A stretch of DNA of 64,000 nucleotides from an uncultured Gammaproteobacteria bacterium. Lineage in GTDB: Bacteria; Pseudomonadota; Gammaproteobacteria; Steroidobacterales; BM003. Each line of letters starts with the position of its first letter. Within the stretch, counting starts at the first letter, position 1. Position numbers and translations under genes: made by a program. The stretch lies in contig CAWAOM010000001.1 of the NCBI GenBank assembly GCA_963783695.1, positions 481,938-545,937 of the forward strand, read 5' to 3'. This document shows positions 56,882 to 64,000 of the stretch, one piece after another. The notes below the pieces were generated by a model. The model did not search any database, was not told the origin of the DNA, and saw only the letters and a program-made list of their open reading frames with translations.

Positions 56882-59800
56882 ATGAAGGGACAGCCGGGAG
56901 TCACGACTGAAACAGGCCTGATTGCCTGGTTTGCCAGCAACCATGTGGCGGCAAACCTGCTGATGTTGATGATCATTGCGTTCGGTGTGGTTTCGGCGTT
57001 CACGATACGCAAGCAAACGACTCCGGACTTCGAGCTCAACACGATCCAGGTGCGCGTGCCATATCTCGGTGCGGCGCCGCAGGAAGTTGAGGAAGGGGTC
57101 GTCGTCAAGATCGAGGAAGCGATCCAGGACATCGACGGCATTACCCAGATAGATTCGGTCGCCAGCGAGGGAGAGGGTTCGGTTGTGGCGGAAGTCGCGA
57201 CCGGCGAGGACATCAACGAAATCCTCAGCGAGATCAAGACCCGCGTCGATGCAATCTCGACATTTCCGAACCTCACCGAGAAGCCGGTCATATATAAGCA
57301 AGAAGTGCCGATTCACGTGGTTTTTCTATCGATCTACGGTGAGATGGATGCATTCGCCCGCAAGACGCTTGCCCAGCAGGTGCAAAACGAGTTAATGGTC
57401 CTGCCGGAGGTCAACCAGGTCCAGTTTCTCGGTGACCGCGACTACGAGATCAGCGTCGAGGTGCCTGAACAGACATTGCGGCAATACGGCTTGTCAATGA
57501 GCGAAGTGTCGCAGGCGATCCGCGATTCTTCGCTCGATCTTCCGGGCGGGACGATCAAGACCGAGGGCGGCGATATTCTGCTGCGGACGGAAGGCCAACG
57601 GTATACCGGGCAGGAGTTTTCGCGGCTGGTGCTGCGGACTTTTCCGGACGGGACGCGGCTGACTCTCGGCGATATTGCAACGATACAAGACGGCTTTGTC
57701 GAGACCGATGGCTATGGCCGTTTCGACGGCCAAACGACGGCGATCCTGCGGGTACTCGCCGGCGGCCAGCAGAACGAACTGAAAACTGCCAAGGCGGTGC
57801 GTGAGTACGTCGAAAAGAAGGCCAAGACGCTGCCTGAAGGTATCAATATCGATGTCTGGATCGACCGCTCGCACTATCTGCAGGGCCGGCTCGACATGAT
57901 GATGAAGAACATGCTGCAGGGTGCCTTGCTGGTATTTATCGTACTGTCATTGTTCCTGCGATTTAAGGTTGCGGCGTGGGTCATTGTCGGTATCCCGATC
58001 ACGTTCTTCGGCGCTTTGTGGCTGATGCCGCTTGGACCGTGGCCGGTGACTATCAACATGATCAGCCTGTTCGGGTTCATACTCGTTTTGGGGATAGTCG
58101 TCGATGACGCGATCATCATCGGCGAGAGTGTCTATACCCGGATACGCGCCGACGGGCAGACACTGGATAACGTGATTCGCGGTGCGAAGAAAGTCGCGGT
58201 ACCGGCAACGTTCGGGGTGCTGACGACAATGGCGGCCTTCGCACCGATGCTGTTTATCGGCGGCGTTGTCGGGCCGTTTTTCGAGGCCATGTCGATGGTC
58301 GTGATTTTGTGCCTGTTGTTCTCGTTGATCGAGTCGAAGCTGATCCTTCCGGCGCATCTCGCGCACGCAAAAATCACGCCGCAGAATGAGGCCGAACTTT
58401 TCAAGCCGTTTCGGGAGACGCCGCTGCGGTTGTGGCTCGTGCGCCCCTTTCAGCGATTGAACTGGCGTATTCAAAATGGGATGCAGTCGTTTGTCGAGAA
58501 GGTCTATCGACCGCTGCTGGAGAAGGCGCTCGATAATCGGGGTATTACTTTCAGTCTTTTTGCTGCGATTCTTATCCTGACCATCGGTGTCATGCAAAGC
58601 GGTATCGTGCGGACGGTGCTGTTTCCCGATGTACCGGGTGATTTCATCCGGGTCGAGTTGCAAATGCAAAACGGGACTGCACCACAAGTCCGCAACGAGG
58701 TGATGAGCCGGATCGAGAATGCCGCGCTGGAACTGAATGCCGAGTACGCTGCCGATAACCCGGGTGTCGACGAGCCGATCAATCACATCGGCGTGTTTAC
58801 CCGGGGCGACACCGGCGGAGTAGTGTTTGCCGAGATGCCGATGAACGAGGACCGTCCGCTGAACGGCGACGATATCGAGGTCATGTGGCGCGACCGGGTT
58901 GGGGAGATCCCCGGGGTCAAGGAACTGACATTTTCCGGTGGTGACAATGTCGGCGGCGGTGCCGCACTCAGTTTCAACCTGACCGGATCCAGCTTTGAGT
59001 CGCTTGGCGGTGCGGCGCAGGAACTCGAAGAGAAACTGGCCGAGTACGACGGCGTATTCGATATCCGCAATTCACTGAATGCGGGCGGCGAGGAGATCCG
59101 GCTCGCAATCAAACCCGAGGCCGAGGCGCTCGGCATCACGATGTCCTCGCTGGGGCGCCAGGTACGCCAGGCGTTTTACGGCGAGGAAGCACAGCGTATC
59201 CAGCGCGGCAAGGACGAACTCAAGGTGATGGTGCGCTACCCGCTGGAAGAGCGGCGCTCGCTTGCGGATCTCGAGAACATGCGTATTCGCACGCCGGGCG
59301 GCGATGAGGTGCCGTTTGCCTCGGTTGCCGAATTGTCTTTTGGCGAAAGTTATTCGAGCATTACGCGGCAGAATCGAAAACGCGTCGTGACGGTGTCGGC
59401 CGACATTGACCCGACAGTTGTCGAGCCTGGCGAAGTTTTGAAAGAGATCACCGAAGACTACCTGCCACAGTTGCTCTCGCGTCACCCTGGTGTCGGCTAC
59501 GAACTCGAGGGAGCGAGCAGGGAGGAAATGGAGCTGGTTCGCAATCTGACCCTTGCCTCGATTGCGGCGATGTTCCTGATCTTCGCTCTGATTGCGATCC
59601 CGTTGCACTCGTATGTGCAGCCGATGATCATCATGTCGGTGATCCCGTTCGGCCTTATCGGCGCGGTGGTCGGGCATATCGTGATGGGCAAGGCGATCAG
59701 CATGTTCTCCTTGTTTGGCCTGATCGCGCTTGCGGGTGTTGTGGTGAACGATAGTCTGATCATGGTGGATTTCATCAACAAGGCACTGCAAAACGGAGTG

Positions 59801-60109
59801 CCGTTGAGGAGAGCCGTGGTCGAGTCGGGTACGCAACGATTCCGTGCCATCGTGCTGACTTCACTGACTACGGCGGCCGGACTGATGCCGATTATGCTCG
59901 AGAAAAGCGTGCAGGCGCAGTTCGTGATCCCGATGGCGATTTCGCTCGCGTTCGGCATCATCTTTGCCACGGTCATCACGCTGTTCCTGATTCCGTGTCT
60001 GTACGTGCTCGAGCTCGATTTCCGCCGCGGCTTGCGCAACACCCGGAACTTGCTGCTCGGTCGCGAGCCCGAACCCGAGACCGAGGCACAGATGCGCGAG
60101 TCGCTCTAG
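56882..60109 (+). CDS. RND efflux transporter permease (AcrB/HAE-type)
   Basis: 1075 aa with 12-TM RND topology and two large periplasmic loops. Conserved GIVVDDAII and GVVVNDSLIMVDF motifs. Confidence 0.95.
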   Translation: MKGQPGVTTETGLIAWFASNHVAANLLMLMIIAFGVVSAFTIRKQTTPDFELNTIQVRVPYLGAAPQEVEEGVVVKIEEAIQDIDGITQIDSVASEGEGSVVAEVATGEDINEILSEIKTRVDAISTFPNLTEKPVIYKQEVPIHVVFLSIYGEMDAFARKTLAQQVQNELMVLPEVNQVQFLGDRDYEISVEVPEQTLRQYGLSMSEVSQAIRDSSLDLPGGTIKTEGGDILLRTEGQRYTGQEFSRLVLRTFPDGTRLTLGDIATIQDGFVETDGYGRFDGQTTAILRVLAGGQQNELKTAKAVREYVEKKAKTLPEGINIDVWIDRSHYLQGRLDMMMKNMLQGALLVFIVLSLFLRFKVAAWVIVGIPITFFGALWLMPLGPWPVTINMISLFGFILVLGIVVDDAIIIGESVYTRIRADGQTLDNVIRGAKKVAVPATFGVLTTMAAFAPMLFIGGVVGPFFEAMSMVVILCLLFSLIESKLILPAHLAHAKITPQNEAELFKPFRETPLRLWLVRPFQRLNWRIQNGMQSFVEKVYRPLLEKALDNRGITFSLFAAILILTIGVMQSGIVRTVLFPDVPGDFIRVELQMQNGTAPQVRNEVMSRIENAALELNAEYAADNPGVDEPINHIGVFTRGDTGGVVFAEMPMNEDRPLNGDDIEVMWRDRVGEIPGVKELTFSGGDNVGGGAALSFNLTGSSFESLGGAAQELEEKLAEYDGVFDIRNSLNAGGEEIRLAIKPEAEALGITMSSLGRQVRQAFYGEEAQRIQRGKDELKVMVRYPLEERRSLADLENMRIRTPGGDEVPFASVAELSFGESYSSITRQNRKRVVTVSADIDPTVVEPGEVLKEITEDYLPQLLSRHPGVGYELEGASREEMELVRNLTLASIAAMFLIFALIAIPLHSYVQPMIIMSVIPFGLIGAVVGHIVMGKAISMFSLFGLIALAGVVVNDSLIMVDFINKALQNGVPLRRAVVESGTQRFRAIVLTSLTTAAGLMPIMLEKSVQAQFVIPMAISLAFGIIFATVITLFLIPCLYVLELDFRRGLRNTRNLLLGREPEPETEAQMRESL

Positions 60110-60205
60110 ATTTCGCGGCGCCATGCAGCTTCGCGAGCTGCCGGGGCAGGGCGAGGACTCCGGGTCGTTGTAGTAGCGTCGAGAAGCGATCGACCCTGAG
60201 CGGCG

Positions 60206-62062
60206 TTATTTTTGCGGTTTCGGTTTGCCCTTGCTCGCGTCTTTCCGGCCAGTCGGTTTGGTCCGTGCGGGTTTCTTGCCACCAGGCTTTTTGCCACCCG
60301 CTTTCCTGGCACCGGTTTTCTTCCGCAGCGACTTTTTCTTTTCCCGTTTTTCGGCTTTGTCGAGGCTTTCGATGCGTAGCGGCTGTCCGCGGACATATAC
60401 CTTCTTGAGATGCTGAAACACCTCGCGCGGCATGCCGGCGGGGAGTTCCACCGTGCTGTAGTCGTCGTAAAGTGCGATCCGCCCGATATAGACACTGTCG
60501 ATGTCCGCCTCGTTGGCGATGGCGCCCACGATGTCACCCGGTTTGACGTCGTGGATGTGACCGACCGCGAGGCGAAAGCGCTCCATGTCGATGCCTTCGG
60601 TCTCCTCACGTTTTTTGTGGCGCGGAGTCGTCTGCCGTTTCGTGGAATCTTGCGCTGATTCGGTGCGTCGTTTTTCCGCCGGCCGCCGCTTTGCGTCCCG
60701 CTCGCGGGCTTCCTTGAATGGCGCTGCCTCGGCCTTGCCGGTATCCGCGAGAAGCAGCGGACGGTCGCGTTGAGCGAGACAGGCGAGCGCCGCGGCAACC
60801 CGTTGCGGGTCGGTGTCGGTCTCATCGAGGTACTGCTGCACGAGGTCGTGGAAGAAAGGCATATGTTCGCCTTCCATCGCCTCGGTAATGCTGACCTTGA
60901 ATTGCTCGATCCGACGGCTGTTTACCTGTTCCCGTGTCGGCAATTCCATCGGAGCAATGGACTGGCGGGTAGATTTCTCTATCGCTCGCAACAGGCGCCG
61001 CTCGCGCGGTGCTACGAACAGGATCGCCTTGCCACTGCGGCCGGCGCGGCCGGTGCGACCGATACGGTGTACATAGGCCTCGGCGTCGTACGGAATGTCG
61101 TAATTGATGACATGACTGATTCGGTTTACATCGATACCGCGGGCGGCAACATCCGTGGCGACGAGAATATCGGTTTTGCCGTTTTTCAGGCGCTCGATAG
61201 TCCGTTCGCGCTGTTGCTGGTTCATATCGCCATTGATCGCGGCCGCTGCATAGCCGCGCGCCTCGAGTTTCTCGGCGAGTTCGGCGGTAAGCGTCTTGGT
61301 GCGCACGAATACGATGATGCCGTCGAAATCCTCCGCTTCGAGGATACGCGTCAACGCGTCCAGCTTGTGTACGCCGCTGACGATCCAGTACCGCTGTTCG
61401 GTTTGTTCGACCGTCGTCGTGCGATTGGTGATTTTCACTTCCGCGGGCGCGCGGAGATACTTATTGGCGACGCGTCGGATAGGGGGCGGCATGGTGGCCG
61501 AGAACAGCGCAACCTGCCTTTCCTCCGGGGTGTGTTCCAGTATCCAGGTGACATCGTCGATAAACCCCATGCGCAGCATCTCGTCGGCTTCGTCGAGCAC
61601 GACGGTTTCGAGATCATCGAGCTTCAGGGTGCCACGACGCAGGTGATCCATTACCCGGCCCGGTGTGCCCACAATGACATGGGCGCCACGGCGCAACTGG
61701 CGCAACTGGACGCTGATGTTCTGGCCACCGTAGACCGGCAGCACATGGAAGCCGCGCATCGCCGATGCATAGGTTTGAAACGCCTCGGCGACCTGGATCG
61801 CGAGTTCGCGGGTCGGGGTCAGAACCAGTACCTGCGGGTTCTTCGAGCCCATGTCGAGCCGCGACAACAATGGCAGCGCGAACGCCGCGGTCTTGCCCGT
61901 ACCGGTCTGCGCAGTACCGAGCAGATCACGTCCCTGCAGAAGCGGCGGAATGCTCTCGGCCTGGATCGGTGTCGGGCGTTCGTAGCCGATACGCGCAAGT
62001 GCATCGAGGACCGGTGCCGCGAGCGCCAGGTCGGCGAAAGCGGGAGTGGAATCGGATGTCAT
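60206..62062 (-). CDS. deaD: DEAD-box ATP-dependent RNA helicase DeaD/CsdA
   Basis: Colinear with E. coli DeaD as recalled: Q-motif, AQTGTGKTAAF, VLDEADEML, SAT, HRIGRTGRAG, and the DbpA-like domain DIVGAIANEADI. Lys-rich tail. Confidence 0.95.
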   Translation of the reverse strand: MTSDSTPAFADLALAAPVLDALARIGYERPTPIQAESIPPLLQGRDLLGTAQTGTGKTAAFALPLLSRLDMGSKNPQVLVLTPTRELAIQVAEAFQTYASAMRGFHVLPVYGGQNISVQLRQLRRGAHVIVGTPGRVMDHLRRGTLKLDDLETVVLDEADEMLRMGFIDDVTWILEHTPEERQVALFSATMPPPIRRVANKYLRAPAEVKITNRTTTVEQTEQRYWIVSGVHKLDALTRILEAEDFDGIIVFVRTKTLTAELAEKLEARGYAAAAINGDMNQQQRERTIERLKNGKTDILVATDVAARGIDVNRISHVINYDIPYDAEAYVHRIGRTGRAGRSGKAILFVAPRERRLLRAIEKSTRQSIAPMELPTREQVNSRRIEQFKVSITEAMEGEHMPFFHDLVQQYLDETDTDPQRVAAALACLAQRDRPLLLADTGKAEAAPFKEARERDAKRRPAEKRRTESAQDSTKRQTTPRHKKREETEGIDMERFRLAVGHIHDVKPGDIVGAIANEADIDSVYIGRIALYDDYSTVELPAGMPREVFQHLKKVYVRGQPLRIESLDKAEKREKKKSLRKKTGARKAGGKKPGGKKPARTKPTGRKDASKGKPKPQK

Positions 62063-62201
62063 GATGGAGCCTTCGAGTCAGGGCGATGTTCGCTGACGCC
62101 AGAACATCGCACGCCGCGGGGAAAGATACGCTCGCGAGTGTACGTCGCCGCGTCGCCAAAGGGAAATTGCGATGCCTCCACCGGGGTCTTTTTCAGGGCA
62201 G

Positions 62202-62230
62202 AAAAAAGGGGCTGCGCTGCAGCCCCTTTT
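62202..62230 (-). terminator. Rho-independent (bidirectional-looking) terminator after the OmpA-like gene
   Basis: 8-bp stem ggggctgc/gcagcccc with a 3-nt loop, flanked by aaaaaa upstream and tttt downstream on the plus strand (tttttt after the stem on the minus strand). Confidence 0.8.
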
Positions 62231-62263
62231 CCCGCCAGTGGGTGGTTGTGAAGACCGCAACGG

Positions 62264-63403
62264 TCATCGATACGGATGTAGTCCGACGCGACGGTTGAGC
62301 GCGCGACCGCGATCGGAATCGTTGCTGACATGCGGCCGGGTGTCGCCATAACCTTTTGCCCGCAAGCGCGAGCTCGAAACGCCGCTGGCGATCATATACT
62401 CCATAACCGCCTCCGCGCGGCGCTGCGACAGGTTAACGTTGTAGGCCGGGTCGCCGACGTTATCGGTATGCCCCTGGATCTCGACATTGATCTCGGGATT
62501 TGCCTTCAACAGGGTGATGGCCTCATCGAGCATAAAGGTACTTTTGATGAGGGCCTTGTCAAAATCGAACAGAACGTCTTCTTCGCCCAGCCACCAGCAC
62601 CCGACCGAGTTGACCCGGGCGCCCGGAGGGGTTGTCGGGCAGCGATCGCGGTCGTCTGCCACGCCGTCGCCGTCGGCGTCGCCCCTATCCGGGGCCGTCA
62701 TCAGTAGTGTTTTCGTGATGTAGCCGGACATTGCCGCGGCGGAGGAAATCGAGCCGGCGTCGATGACCGAGCCGCAATTGGTGGTCGCGCCGAGGCGGTC
62801 CCGGAAAGCGGCAGCCTTTTTATCCCCGCCCAGCTGGACCGCATGCACGCAAACCCGGCCGTCGTATTTTTCGTCCAGTGCATGCAGCGCTTTCATCGCC
62901 TTTGTCGAGTCGATGTCGCGAAAATCGCTGACGACCAAGATGGCGACCTTGCCCGGCACGGACGCCGGGGCCATGGTGCTGGCGTCGAAACCGCGGTCGA
63001 GCGGGGTAACGCCACCCGCGCACTGAATCTTGCCGAGCGCAGTGCCGAGATCGGCGCTGCTATAGGCGGCCGGTCCATGCCAGACCCGGGCCAGGCCCTT
63101 GTCGAGGAGGCAGCCCGGCCCGAAAGTGACCAGCGCACCCTGATAGCCCAGCTCCGGAATCGTCTGGTTCATCGCGTTTACGGCGTCTTTGGCCGCAAAG
63201 AAATGGCGATTCTGGTTCTCTGCCATCGACGATGATGTATCCATCAGGATGACGAATGCATTGACCGCAGGCACAAAGGCGGACTGGTCGATGGCCACCG
63301 GCGAATAGGCCCGTGGCTGGTACACCGGATCGTTGCTGGCGCAACCGGCGACGGCAATTACCGCGGCGAGCCACGCCGCCCCGAGTTTAACTCTGTTATA
63401 CAT
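62264..63403 (-). CDS. Lipoprotein with vWA-like, thrombospondin type-3 repeat and OmpA C-terminal domains
   Basis: Lipobox IAVAGC after the ATG at 63403. MIDAS-like DTSSS...GGVTP...ILVVSDF. DADGDGVADDRDRCP repeat. OmpA_C motifs NVEIQGHTDNVG...YNVNLSQRRAEAV. Confidence 0.88.
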   Translation of the reverse strand: MYNRVKLGAAWLAAVIAVAGCASNDPVYQPRAYSPVAIDQSAFVPAVNAFVILMDTSSSMAENQNRHFFAAKDAVNAMNQTIPELGYQGALVTFGPGCLLDKGLARVWHGPAAYSSADLGTALGKIQCAGGVTPLDRGFDASTMAPASVPGKVAILVVSDFRDIDSTKAMKALHALDEKYDGRVCVHAVQLGGDKKAAAFRDRLGATTNCGSVIDAGSISSAAAMSGYITKTLLMTAPDRGDADGDGVADDRDRCPTTPPGARVNSVGCWWLGEEDVLFDFDKALIKSTFMLDEAITLLKANPEINVEIQGHTDNVGDPAYNVNLSQRRAEAVMEYMIASGVSSSRLRAKGYGDTRPHVSNDSDRGRALNRRVGLHPYR

Positions 63404-64000
63404 GACAAACTCCCTTTGAGTCGTAAAGAAATGGATCGGAATTTGGGGGCCGGGGCTGTCCCTCGGCTGGATACCTGGCGGGATTGAGTGGTTACACGCT
63501 CCATAACGCGGTGCGACCCGGGTCAGGCATTCACGCTTCACAACCATGCTCCATGCGCGTCTGCAGTCACGAACGGTATTGCGTCTGGCTAACGCGCCTA
63601 TCGGCATATCTGATCCGGTCGGGGCGGCGCTGTCGCCGCAATGGAGCGAACCGCGTTGCTGCAGGGCCATGCTGGCACGGCGAAATCCACAGTCGCGCTG
63701 CGCTCGACACCGGCACGCTAGACCTTTCACTTTTCAGTTTTTTTGCAGCGAGAAGAACTCCCGCGCGACCGCGGCTATTCCACCGCAGGATCTCCCTGGA
63801 GCATTGCTCTGACTGTCGAAAATTCGCACATTACGGCGTGAGGCGACAGGCTTGCTGTACACAACCGTCCCTGCTGGTCGCCTCGCATCGTTGACGTCAG
63901 GCAGCCTGATACCGGGGTAGCATCGCCACTTTCCGCGGTTGTGGCGTTAGAATCGGCAATCTGCAGCGATGCCCCGGGATAACTTATGACTGATTTAGCT

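Noticed and set aside
60770-62251. 493-aa plus-strand ORF antisense to deaD
   Set aside because: It is a GC-rich shadow ORF, and deaD on the minus strand is colinear with E. coli DeaD. The same reasoning applies to 55868-57316, 32021-33031, 16093-17148, 14387-15442, 39896-41002 and 49015-50001.
63986-64000. Apparent gene start (atgactgatttagct, preceded by ggga) at the window edge
   Set aside because: Only five codons are visible, so no product or even coding status can be supported.

Overview
This is a visibly GC-rich chromosomal segment with gammaproteobacterial-type gene content. It is densely coding, with about 50 genes on both strands, and most of them are housekeeping.

Recognised with high confidence:
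- TCA and glyoxylate shunt: acnA, fumC, aceB-aceA.
- Purine synthesis: purB.
- Fatty-acid and lipid metabolism: fadH, a long acyl-CoA dehydrogenase, a WS/DGAT wax-ester synthase, and an ALDH7-type dehydrogenase.
- Aromatic biosynthesis: a class II DAHP synthase.
- RNA metabolism and modification: hrpA, deaD, mnmA, rluE, mazG.
- Protein modification: cobB, a RoxA/YcfD-like oxygenase, and a GNAT.
- Envelope functions: an ABC-2 exporter, an RND pump, an SPFH/NfeD pair, a rhomboid, an OmpA-like lipoprotein, and a PepSY plus PhoPQ-like two-component set.

The mnmA-Nudix and purB-roxA adjacencies echo the E. coli roxA-phoQP-purB-hflD-mnmA-nudJ-rluE neighbourhood. I saw no rRNA, tRNA, CRISPR array, transposase or integrase.

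Four items deserve attention:
1. A Slam/type-XI-secretion-like outer-membrane protein (TPR plus beta-barrel) sits next to a gene for a signal-peptide, FecR-domain protein with a TbpB-type C-terminal barrel.
2. That gene carries three blocks of near-perfect 12-bp tandem repeats encoding (GEGS)16(GDGS)18(GSDD)13.
3. A single extra T at the junction of the repeat blocks splits the gene from its putative targeting domain.
4. An octahaem c-type cytochrome lipoprotein gene is broken by many frame disruptions, yet all eight CXXCH motifs are intact.

All calls rest on reading the translations and the DNA by eye. No database search was run.
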